Source: Marsupella aquatica (lineage: Eukaryota > Plantae > Marchantiophyta). From it: a stretch of 64,000 nt of DNA. Shown here in pieces: positions 11,796-23,996 of this stretch (its first letter is position 1; each line of letters starts with the position of its first letter). The stretch covers positions 16,544,357 through 16,608,356 of the forward strand of contig OZ316892.1 in NCBI GenBank assembly GCA_973895155.1, in the 5' to 3' direction. A program made the translations under genes and the position numbers. The notes under the pieces are model-generated. The model made no database searches, had not been told where the DNA came from, and was given only the letters and a program-made list of their open reading frames with translations.

Positions 11796-14700
11796 TGTCA
11801 CTTAGAACCGATGCTGTAGGAGTTATCGTGGTAGTAATCTAGCGGGGAAGTTTTCCCATTCCTTTCTAAAGATGGAGATGCGCTGGCTGACCGGCTGGCA
11901 GGTCTTGTTGAACATTAGGCGGGATGTGTTCATTCGGCTATTGCTGTTCATTTGCCCATGTGTCTGCCGCCCCCTAACGATGCCGGTGGTCACTAGTGTA
12001 GCTGAGTGTTGGCTTGCTTACGAACAATTTTTTTTGCGAAAATGATCGAGCTTTGTATGGCAAAGAAACTAGTAATTCCGTGCATGGTAAACAATGCTGG
12101 CGTATCTTATCTTTGGGCTAAACAAGGGTGAAGACACTGTGCAGCAGCTTGTGCTTTAGAAGCAAATCAAAATCAATAGATTCGAAAATTATCTTGTGTT
12201 GAAATGAGTCACAAAGGATGAGATTTTGATTGAGGTTCGAAACAGCAGGAGATCCAGGTATAAAGGTTTGTGAGTGTAAGTGTTGGGAGAGAGAAAGTTA
12301 GCAAAACTGGGATCGCGTCTGAATTTTAAGGGAGTAGCTCAATTGAGGAAGTCGAACGGACACGTCGAATCCTCCTTGATGTCGATCTTGTAACGTGGTT
12401 TTGTTTTCATAGTCAATTTTCTGGGTGAAGGCAACACGGTATGAAAAATACTGGAGAATATGCTAGTCGCTGGCTGCCTGAGGTCCGCTGAGTACCGTAG
12501 AAAGCTACTGGTGACGAGCCAAGAAGCTGTTTAGGGTGTAGGGTGCAGGGTGAGCATTGTAACATGAAAAGAACACCGAGCAGAATATAGCTCAACAAAG
12601 CCTTCTTGTTTCGAACAGCATGTGTGGGTATCCCGCTGACATTTTGGGTTTTAAACTGATGGGCACATAGCCATTAATTTGGAATGCCCTGCCATACAAA
12701 GAGGCAATCAGATTGAACCGCGATTTTCGTATGTGAGGGTTTAGGTCCTAAATTTTTATAATGGAAATTCTACCTCCTTGCCTCTTTGATTTACCCCTTA
12801 CTCCATGTCTTAGTAGAGCCAACTAATTAGAGTGGCTCATGACTTATCAGGAGCACTGAGTCACAGGTAGGATCTTACTATTGTCAACTATGTCCGAGTG
12901 TTTACTTCAGTCATTATGTGTCAGAATCAACGTCCAGATCTAGCTGTACGTAGATATGGTGGTCATAACGCGACCCTGAAAACGTTTTGCTGAACCAAGG
13001 CTTAGCAATTCTCAGCTCTCAACCCTGGCCTGGCACAGCCAATGTCGATGAATGATGTGAGGAGTCTCGCTCAATCCCAAGCCTTATCAGTACTTCTCAG
13101 CTCTCAACCCTCGTCCCGTCCAATCCATATCAACGACTTTGACCACACCTGTCCACACAAAAGCCCTGTCCAGCCCATGGCAGCGATTGATGTTAGTCAA
13201 TCTGGGCCTGGTTAAGAGCAACTTGCATGTGGGTGGCAATTTTTTTCAATCCCTCAACAGCAGAAATTTGGAGAGTGAGTAAGATTCTTTACCTTAGTGA
13301 GTCCAGGGCAACCAACCCATACAAGTTTGGAAGAAGTTCCATGCAATAGGAAAAAACATCCAAAATCCAAGTTGCATCGTGGAGTCCTTATCTGGACACT
13401 GTTTTCTGCTTTGTCAGTTCCCCCCTGTGCTTCTTCAAGCTCACTGAAGCCCTATCACTCCTGCTTCCCAGGATAGAGACACCTGCGGCTGGCACCCTAA
13501 GGCGCTTCTGGACTGAGCTTAATTCTGGATTGTGCTTAACTCTACCCAAAAGTGTCGAGCCACACCAGTAGTGCCCAACCTTGGCACTTGGTCAACTACC
13601 CAAGAAAAAAACAGACTAAGAGCAGTTTCCCATGTTGTGCTCCTCTAACACGAGTGTATCAGGCTTCCATGGTACCACTTGTTACCAGTAGTGTAGCACC
13701 TCTACAATGTTTTAGAAACAATAATTGCAGATGTGTCATAGCAGACTTTTGTTGTCCCAGCGGCACCCAAGATTGTCTTATCACAAAAATGACTTTTCAT
13801 CCTTGCACTCGATCACAGGTAGCATCACGACCAGCTCAAACTGGACTTACAGAGGCAATAAAAAATTGCAGTGGAAGGTGGGGAAACGAAATAGTGACAA
13901 ATCAGGGTGTCTTTGCTAGACTGAGTGTACTTGTGACATTTTTCACCACAGCAAATTGGAGGAACACTTATTGTGTTAGAGTAGACTCCTGACCAAAAAT
14001 CTTTTGAAATGAACTTCACTCCATGCAATCCATTGAATGACACAGCCAACTTTTACAAATGGTTGGATCATAGTCTGGAGGTGGCCTAAAATTTAATTGG
14101 ACCCGCTCCTTGCTATTAAGGAATGGTACACACTACCAGAATGGATTGTGACTTCATGTAAATCCTACTGCAGCCATTTCTACTCAGTTTCCACTCATGA
14201 TATAATCCAGATTTAATCTAAGAAGGAATCGAAAGAAGACAATGCTCCACTTCTTGTAAAGCCACTCTTAAAGCACACTCAGTTAAAGCCATGAAGCCCC
14301 ATGCAGGAGAAGAATGCCCAGTCCCGAGTTGGATCACGGCATTAAAACACCTCTCCTCTAAAAAGTAGTTAATATAAAAATTCTCTTAGACGTTTTAGTG
14401 TACTACTAACACTGTGTTGGACGGCCATAGTTGGTAATAGTGGCCCCCTCAAAACTCCAGCTCAAGCCCCTCTGTTTTCCAGCTACCAGGGCATCAGCCC
14501 TCGCAAAAGAGCCCAACCTTTGCTTCTCTAGGGACAACGACTATAGGCCGGGGCCTGTTGCCAAATGCTTGTTTGTGGCAAGTCGTATGTGAATTGAAAC
14601 CGCTTAGCTGCCCTATCCGGCGTCACAAGAGGCGCGGTCTTGCTCGTACATCTGCTCTACACTACTGATCTGAGCTTGCTACAGTCCTGCTCTCCGGTCC

Positions 14701-15176
14701 GACTTGGCTGTCTGGCTGTCGGGGTGCTTGCAGGCTCTCGATGCATACGGTACGATGCGTTTCTTCTCCCCACGATCGAACAACGGAGTCGAGGGGTCGA
14801 GGGACGCAGTGACGAAGAGAGGAGGAGCAGAGACCTTGCCTTACCTGGCTTTGCCTTTCAATGTTCGTCTTGTTGCTTGGCGAATGACTCTGCTGCTCGT
14901 CCGAAGGGGAAGCACATCTCTTCTGTTCTGATCGATGCAAGGGTCATCGTGTGGAATGGAGTCAACGATTGCCACCGGGTCTTGAGAGCCGACGTAAGGA
15001 GCAGAACAGCATACCAGATTGAGAGAGAGCGCTTATCCATCTATCTATATTGTCAGGGAATGGGGTGCAGTCTACGTTGAGCGAGGAGTTCGATACGAAC
15101 GCCGGATTGTGAGTGTGGAATGCGGTGAAGCGGACGAGCCGAAGCAGGGCGGGGTCGCGAGGGTGGAAAGAGAGAG

Positions 15177-18100
15177 ATGGCGGCGGCCCAATCGGCGAGG
15201 AAATTGGCCAGGCTAGCGGAGCCTTTGAAGGCCGCATGGGGCATCCGGCATGGGGGATCACTTTCGAGAATGCCATCTCTCTTCAACAATACTTCTCCTT
15301 CATTAGGGGATGATTATCAGGGTAGTCGTGGCCGATCGCCGATGAATTTCTCACAGCAAGGGAGATCATATTCAGGCGAAAGTCCCCTTACTGTCACCTT
15401 ATTTCCCGGCGATGGTATTGGACCAGAGATAGCTGTTTCTGTAAAAGAGGTAGGCAGAGTGTGTTGAAATTTGTTCTACTTGTGGACGTAGCAGCTCATG
15501 ACGGGTTGTTGCCGAGGCATGGATATGTCGTCGATGGTACGGACGCGTTCATCCGGATCTTCTGGTGAATTGTTCGTCGCAAAGTTTTCCGCAAAGATTT
15601 GCGCGAATGCTCTGAAGGAAAAGGTATCTGAAATCAAGACTTGACAAACAGCAGAAATAAATTCTGAGTTTTTGATGGATGCAGGTGTTCAAAGCTGCTA
15701 GCGTGCCCATAGAGTGGGAAGAGCATTATATTGGTACGGAGGTGGACGAACGCACCGGAAGTTTTCTCACGTGGGATAGTATGGAATCAGTGCGGAGAAA
15801 TGGCATAGGGTTGAAGGGACCGATGACCACCCCGATTGGAAAGGGGTTCAAGTCCCTGAATTTGACTTTGCGTAAGGAGTTGGGGTTGTATGCCAATGTT
15901 AGACCGTGTCTCAGCATTCCTGGTTATAAGACCCGTTATGATAATGTCGACCTCATTACGATTCGGGAGAACACTGAGGGCGAATACAGTGGGTTGGAAC
16001 ATCAGGTAACTCCACCTTCTAACGTGCCTCCTCGTTCCATTGTCGTATCTCTCGCATGGCCAGCGCGTCTTGCTGCTCGAATTTCCATCTTGTAATTTTG
16101 GGCGTGCAAACGCAGTAACAGACAAAAAGGACGTACCATAACAAATGGTTAGATCATAACAACAATGTTCTTACAGCCGTGAAAGAATACAATATGCTCC
16201 TGTAGAATAACACTATTGCCTCAAGACAAATATATATGCCTTCAGTTCGTTTTTTGAAAATTATTGGTCTGTAAAGATGATTGTGTAAGTCCATGCTCCA
16301 AGCGTCTCATGCATCCGGAAGTACTGTGCCATTGGAATCTTTATGCGTGCAATCCGTACCACGTGGTGAATATTTAGTCAACACATTACTTAGTTGTTAG
16401 CTATCTATCTTTGATTGCCAGGTAGTGAAGGGCGTAGTGGAGAGCCTGAAGATCATTACTCGTCAGGCCAGCGTGCGAGTGGCCGAGTATGCCTTTCAGT
16501 ATGCTAAAGCCCATGGGAGAAAGCGCGTCTCTGCCATACATAAAGCTAACATCATGAAAAAGACAGATGGGCTCTTCTTGCAGGCAAGTGAACATCCGTC
16601 TTGCATGCATTAAGCGGAAAAGTATGTCCCATGACGCAGTAAATTGAAAATGAGTAGGAAGAACTTCGGCCAGCTGTGGCCATAAGGTGGTTGTCTTTGT
16701 TGTTAGGACTCTGTGGCTCGATTCATTGAATTATTGCAAGATACTTGTTTACAAATCTGCTGCGTGTCAATTTCCGCCAAATGAGACCTTTGTTTAGAAT
16801 ATGCTGGAGCTGGCTGCGAACTAGTTGCTCACGGTGGATGGTGTTGTGGATCCTGTTATGCATCTGGGGACTGCCAGTGTTGTCGTGAAGTTGCGGAGAA
16901 GTACCCCGATATAACCTACGAAGAAGTAATCATAGACAACTGCTGCATGATGGTAATGTATAGTAAACCTGTGCCTTCTATTGGTTTCTAGGACTTCCCT
17001 GTTGATGCAATAGTAGGTTAGGAATGCACAAGTTTTCGTCCTCGTGATTAGTTCTGTTGTGCATGGGTGCCACTTTTCCTCCTCTGCTACATGTTTGCTC
17101 ATAGGGCTACAATTCGGGTAGCCCAGTTTCCAAATAGGTTGCCAAGCCACGAATTGGATTAGATTGCTTGGTCTCAATCTAGAACGAGGGGCAGATATAA
17201 TTTGTCATGCATACCTTCAAGGAGAAAGCTTTTTCAGGAATTAAATAGGTGGGCAGGTTTGGAAGGCACAGCCAGTGGCGGTGATACCATTTTGTTTACC
17301 GTCTGTATTTCTGTTCCACAGGATATTTGTCGTAGCCATGAGATGGCGTTGATGGAAAGGAATGTAGTTGTGTTTGATGGAGGTGACTTATGTCGAACTA
17401 TATGTCTTGCTAGTTCACATTTGGAATTAGGGAGGATTCATCTTTGAAACAGCGATAGACTGACCTGGAAACTGATGTAAGTTGCAACGCTCAGAACTTT
17501 TACAAGTTTTGACTTGAAGTTGGTGGCTGCTCGATGTTGTGCAGCTGGTAAAAAATCCATCCTTGTTTGATGTGCTTTGTATGCCCAACTTGTACGGTGA
17601 CATTGTCAGTGATCTTTGCGCTGGTTTGATTGGTGGCCTTGGCCTCACACCCAGGTAAGTGTCCAGCGGAGTGAGGCATGGGGTTTTGTGGCTTGAAGTC
17701 AAAAACCTTGTTGGTTCTTTCAGATTCCTGTGCTATATTGTCACCTTATTTTGCTTCATGTTGTGTAAAACCTTTCTAGCTGTAGATTCCCCTCAAGTGA
17801 TTCTTATCTGTCGATTCCTCGTGGACAGTTCTGACTGTTTCTAGTCTGATAGATTGACTTGGCATGTTTGTCAGTGGCAACATTGGAGATAATGGGCTGG
17901 CTTTGATGGAGGCAGTGCATGGGACAGCACCTGATATTGCAGGAAAGGTTAGATCCAATGCACATTAGAAAAGTCCCTTCTAAGGATATGGAATGACATT
18001 TATCTCCTTGCTAAGTTGAATGCATCTATTTGTTATTGGAGGCAGTATGCATTCAAATCCGGTAGCTTGAGAGGATGTTTTAGGAACCAATTGAAAACTA

Positions 18101-18365
18101 TTGTGATAAAGCTGGTTAATTTCCTTAGGTGAGAATCTTCTAAAGGCAGATACTTCTTGGTTATTTGCAGAATATAGCAAATCCAACAGCTCTTCTTCTG
18201 AGTTCGGTGATGATGCTCCAGCATTTAGGTATGAATGACAAAGCAGAGATGATTCATTCCTCAATCCTGAAAACCATTGAACAAGGAAAATACTTAACAG
18301 GGGATCTTGGTGGTAAGGCTGGAACGACAGATTACACAAAGGCTCTGATTGACAACCTCGGTTGA
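15177..18365 (+). CDS. IDH: Mitochondrial NAD-dependent isocitrate dehydrogenase, catalytic subunit (IDH5/6-like), about 402 aa
   Basis: Exons 15177-15449, 15685-16005, 16422-16583, 16878-16952, 17545-17654, 17875-17947, 18171-18365. Motifs [41 protein letters not shown] and [10 protein letters not shown]; Arg/Ser-rich N-terminal transit-like peptide; intron 3 is GC-AG. Confidence 0.96.
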
Positions 18366-20228
18366 ACTCCCTCGTACTCCAGTTGACGAAGACTGTACAT
18401 TGTAGTTTCTAAGGTCCCGTTGACTGATTGACTACCACACCAGCCCACCTGAGCAAATGTGAAAGTGCTTGCTTTAAGCTATAGTACCGAGAAGTAGCTC
18501 TGGGACCACACATCTTTTCCAGACATGTGTCATTCCTGACAACCATTCTGCTTCAGAGCTACGTAGGCTTGGTGAGTCTTCAATTCGTGATTAAGATAAT
18601 GTGTTCTTTACTACTTTCTGAAGTAAATAATGTCAGCACAGCTTGTGTGATCACCCCGTCAAATCATATATTTCTTTACTTATCGAATGTGGAAACATGT
18701 TGCGGACTGAAGTACATTTTCAAGCTTTTAAGGGGAGAGATCAATTTCCTCTGGTAAGATTGGAGAGGCTTTGGTCAAGAAACTTTCTGCCAAATGGGAC
18801 ACGTGACAAGTTTTCTACCTGGAGAGTGAACCAGCTTTTCTGCTCTGTCGCGGGCCTGTACCCAAAACGTTGTGAGAGATTTCTTTGAACAATTGGTTGG
18901 GAAATGGTGTTCGACCCATATTTTACGAGTCATAGTGTGCGGGAACCCCAAGAAAAGGTCATCCTGTTTGTAGAATTAACAGCGGTAAAACCGGTTGCAT
19001 GTGTTTTTCTTATACTCTCCGTAGTAAATGCAACGGTGCTTGTTACATCTACTTGTTGAAGGACTTATTTCGGTCTTGGTAGCACATGTTGCACACATCA
19101 AGTAGGAGCTGGCCGAGAGAAATGTGTTTTTCCTGAATATGAATTCTTTTCCCACTATAGCCCGGCTCTTACAGACTGGCATATCGGATTGTGACAGTTT
19201 CCATTTCGTTCAAAATCATATCAAAGTTCCCCACAGAAACTACGCTTCAACTGGAAGTATTGAGACAATTCCAACCTCCTGGGCTCTGAGCCTGTTCACT
19301 GCAATATACCTTCACATTGCAATATACCTTCACATTCCAACGGCTTCTTATACGGAAGATTTCGTTAACGTGTGTACATCACTGCAATGTGTTTTTTAAT
19401 TACTTTCTTGATTATTTCCTATAGATTTAGGATTCTTCTCGGATTTATCATGAAGCTCACTTCATGAAAGGAGAGGGCTAGTGGTAATAATTTCACAGTA
19501 AAAAAATTTGCAAATTTGCAATTTTGTCAGTAGACACATCTAAGATAGTCTTCCTGCTCTAGTTATTAATGGATCATGCAGCCCTGTACCCCCAGTTTTC
19601 CATGTTCATCTTATCCATACTCCATACGATGCAAGTGGAATGATTCACTGTTGGTTTATAGAGCCAAGATAGCTGTACCAATTACCTTCACCAATCCAGT
19701 TTGACCAAATTGACAACGTTTCATGGGGTATTAGCGGTGATGTTGTGGAAGGAGTACCCCTACAATAATTATTTTAAGATCCAGCATAGTCAGAACAACC
19801 TTCCCGAAGGCCTGCCTGCATGCAGCGTTGATGAGTAAGAGTTGAGCTTTGTCCGTTGCTTGGTGCTACAACAGTGATCATCAGTAAATTCACTGATAAA
19901 AAATAAAGGAATCCACCAGAAAACCCCTCCAAAGTGTTTCATTAATGAAAGAGGTCAAAGCTGTCCACATGAAGGCGAAATATTGTCCAGTCCCTTCCAT
20001 GAACTCATGTTCCGAGTTTCTGTAGATGTATGATTCGATGGACATTTTTCAGAAAGCTTTCCCTTCAAAGAAATATCAGTAACTGCTAACTGATAATAAT
20101 ACACTCGTGGATATGCCAAATACAGGACAAAATGTAGACGATTAGCAACCCAGAACTAAAATTCTCCATTTCTAAAGTTGGATAAATCCGCGGCACTACT
20201 CCAATGAATAATAGACGCAAGAACGACT

Positions 20229-22663
20229 TCAATATTTCATGCCTTCAATAACCCTCTGGACCAGAATGTGTTGTTGAGCTGGACTAAGAAACTCAACATT
20301 CGAAATGGCGTTGCTGACAGCAACGATGGTAGCTGGTGACTCAGCATTCACCTACAACGATCAACCCATAGAAAAATACATTTCAGTTGGCTGGAATAGG
20401 AGTTCCTGACAAATATGGCCAGATAGTACAGTAAAGAGTAACGATAAGGCCTGCAGACCTTTGAACCATGATTCCATGACAGACAAATACTCGTATGTCA
20501 TGGAGTAGACGTACCAACCGTAAGCATGAACTATTTCATCCAGATGATTTATGATTTCACAAGAATACTGTAGAAATGGTGCTACAAACTGAACATACAG
20601 TTCAAAACAGAAGAATAGCAAAATGAAGTCTTGTCAGACAGAATATTTTTTTCCGTGTAAAAACGATGTATCACCTTCAAATATTGGCACGATTGTGCAT
20701 TAAACGTTTGTTCTTAGAACAGGTGCCATGAAAGTGGAGTTTCAGTAGAACAAACGAGTTCAAGTTCAAAAATTATTTTCGATGAAAGTACTGAACGTAC
20801 CCAAACCCGTCCATTCAAACCTACTGCAATCTCGTAAGAAAGGCTCTTCGCAAGTGATTCCAAGACTGGGCAAGTTGGCTTGCTAAGCAAACTGTTAAGA
20901 CAAATCGCTACCAATTGTAAATGATCATTCGAATGACAAATAAACGATCCCTGAAAGAACTCCCTAAAAAATCTAAACAGGATCTGCCACCAATTTCAGT
21001 AAAACCATTCCTCTTCCATTTAGTTCAATTACATTTCTTCACTACAAAAGTGTATGAAGAGACTTACGCTCTGGCTAGACCTGTTGAACATTCGAATAGA
21101 TACCCCCCCTTAAGAGGTCCAAATCCTGCCGATTTGCCGGAGACTGCAGAGCATGATACAGAGCATAATACAGATGAGAAGGTTTATTGCAAAGGCGGAC
21201 ACAACAAACCACGCTGAGGCATCCATCTGGATCAGCACGCAGGGGTTTACATATCCTACCCGAAGATTGACACCGCACTTACCATCCATACAGGACAACT
21301 CAGGATTGATGTCACGATGTGACTTGACAACTCGAGCATAAACTAATGCTCCGACCTGGAGAAACCCATAATTCACATCATTGATCAGAAAGATTACCAC
21401 TTCAGCTTGGAAAACTTTACATGATGGACATCCAAATATTCAAAATGGTCAGGGGACAACGGTCAGACTGAGTAGCTAGAAAATAGTGACTTTCACTCCG
21501 CTACAGCTTCCTGTAGTAAGCTGTTTACAGGAAGCTCTGTGGTAAGCTGTAAATCGTCCTCGAGGCAATCCAGAAGAGAATTTGGCAGTGTGAGCAGCTT
21601 AGGGTTCTAAGACACTGCGTTAGTAGAGCGATACTAACAGAGGCAAGGCCCCCAGTTGACGAAAGAAGGCGACACAAAATAACCTGCCTGAAGATTTGGT
21701 GCATTTCGTCTGGTTGCCCCCTCAAATGCTAGTCTTGGCAACAATGCCGATGCTGGAGCTACAATATCAACTGAAAACGCCTGCCAGAAAGGAGTATTGT
21801 TAATACTTCGTCTGATGTAGAGAATTTATCTTCAGGCTCTTATAAGAACAGAAACCTACCTCCTAAAGGTCCGACAGATACTGACCTCGTGTCGGGAGTC
21901 AGCAATCACGCCAATCACCCCGTCCTCCACATTTGGTACGTACTGCAACTCCACGATAAGAAACGATTTGGAAAAGGGCACGAGAAAGGTTTCCTCATAA
22001 AATGATCAAATGAGCATTCACAAGAGCCGACGGTCATTAGACTTGACGTGCAATTGTTGATCCAATGATTTTGGTCTACTACGTGACAAGTAGAGCAGTA
22101 AGTTGAGCCGGACAACGAAGGCCAGAAGAAGGCAGAGCTCACCAACTTTTGGGACCCTTCCACCCAGTACTTATTGGGTTTAGTATGCCGCAGTCTACCG
22201 GGTCGGGTTACAACAATGGAGTCACCGTCCTGCAGGCATACAGTCATTGACAAATAAAGGACTTCACAGCACGTAACAAATCTGTAGAGTATACGCTACT
22301 TCCCTAAATTCGGGTTCTCTCACACCTCTCCCTTCTTTCACTTCTAGAATGAATGGCGAGAACCACATGAATTCGAGATACTCTACCTGACGCAGACCTC
22401 CGCCAAGCCTCACCACGCTGCCACCCTTTGCCAAGTCCAAGACCACATCACCCGGCGCCTGAATAGGTCACTCCAACGAAAGACACAAAGATGAGAGAAA
22501 GAAATAATGATATAGACTTTTGGAGACAGAGACGATACTTATGTCAATGGGATGAGGCTCAGTAAAGTTTCAAGCTTCAATCTTGCCAGAAAAATGAACT
22601 TAAGGCTTTGGTAGCGACTGCACATACCACAGTAGTTTCGACGACAGGGGAGAGCGTCGCCAT
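20229..22663 (-). CDS. RRP40: Exosome complex cap subunit RRP40 (S1/KH), about 235 aa
   Basis: Exons 22663-22628, 22458-22387, 22229-22143, 21942-21886, 21780-21688, 21355-21283, 21143-21068, 20891-20801, 20351-20229 sum to 708 nt in frame. Motifs LAFEGATRRNAPNLQVGALVYARV, PELSCMD and EIAVGLNGRVWV; intron 5 needs a GC donor. Confidence 0.93.
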
Positions 22664-22705
22664 TTGTGAAATCAGGCAATTGTCAGAAGTTTGAAGCCTG
22701 ATGAG

Positions 22706-22821
22706 ATATTGATCACAAGATATACATAAATCTATCTCCGATGTATAGAGTGGGAGATAAAAACTATATTGATCACAAGATATACATAAATCTATCTCCG
22801 ATGTATAGAGTGGGAGATAAA
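22706..22821. repeat. Tandem duplication, 60-bp period (56 bp identical)
   Basis: ATATTGATCACAAGATATACATAAATCTATCTCCGATGTATAGAGTGGGAGATAAA at 22706-22761 and 22766-22821. Confidence 0.95.
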
Positions 22822-23996
22822 TTAAGACATCTTAAAAATGATCCTGCCTATTTGAGTTCATAAAGATACCATGCCCGCTCTGTTGGTGGGATCACAGATT
22901 GGTGGGATCACAGATTATAGGTGTGTACATTAGAATATACAACACTTCGGACCTGCGAAAGTGAGAGTACTGATCTCAACGCCTCCCGCGTCTCCCACTT
23001 TCTGTCACTGTACTTTATTGCTCAATACAGTGGCCTCTCTCTCTAAGTGCACACTCTCGAAAAGAAGCCTGGGACTTGCACTTGCCCTATGTGATAAGTG
23101 ACTTGGCACTTATCGATGCCTTGATAGTGTCCATTGACATTCATGATGCATCTATCCCTTGTCACACTCGAGAGAAGCTGCCATAGCCTCGTGTTCAGGT
23201 AGGATTCCCTTGCCCTAAATCGAGTCTCATTCTCACAACTGCAACATTTACTCTACATAAAACTGCAAAAACGTTTTCATGATAAGAGTTTTGCATGGGA
23301 TTGACGCTATTACCCATAAGTGTACATATATCCTTATCGACTGTTTTGCACTTATATACTTTGTCATTTGCTGGAGCCCTCATGGCACTTATAGAAAGTG
23401 CAAAATGTTCGAAAGAAAGGGAAGAATGGCCCGCCTTGCCATCAGCCAAGGTTTGCACTTAAGGATTATGCACTTAGGCCGCAGCTACTGTAAAGTGTTC
23501 ATCTGGGTGTGCAGTTGGCGTGGGCCCGGCTTGGCTGCGCGGCTTCGCCGGGCCAGGCAGGGACCGGTGAAGCTCTTGTGACAGGCCGAGTGATGTGATG
23601 ACACCAGTTACAGCATCGTTTTACTACAGTACTTTCAGTGGACTGTTGTGCATCATTTTGCTGTTGTTTATTCTTGTAGGCACCGCAGGAGGCAGGCAGG
23701 ATCGCGCACCCTTTTTCGTCCATCTCGAAATCGCGTGCTTCGGGTGACAGAGTCGGGCAGCAGTTCTTTGTGAACGAACGATTGAACGAACGATTGAACG
23801 AGAGCTTCTTCATCCCCCAAATCGCACACCGGGCGGGGCGTTTTGGACTCCGACCTTTCTGCCATCGGCATTGCTGTTGCAATTGTCGTAGTACTCTCTC
23901 GTGCTCTCATTCGCTCGCTCCTGACTGACTGACTCCGTCTTCTAAGCTAGGCTAGGCTAGGAAAGGATAGGAGAGGAGAAGAGAATTTAGTTAGCG

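Noticed and set aside
12328-12377. tRNA-like A box (TAGCTCAATTG) and partial B box (GTCGAATCC)
   Set aside because: Only about 50 nt, no room for an anticodon arm, and the T-loop lacks the TTC consensus.
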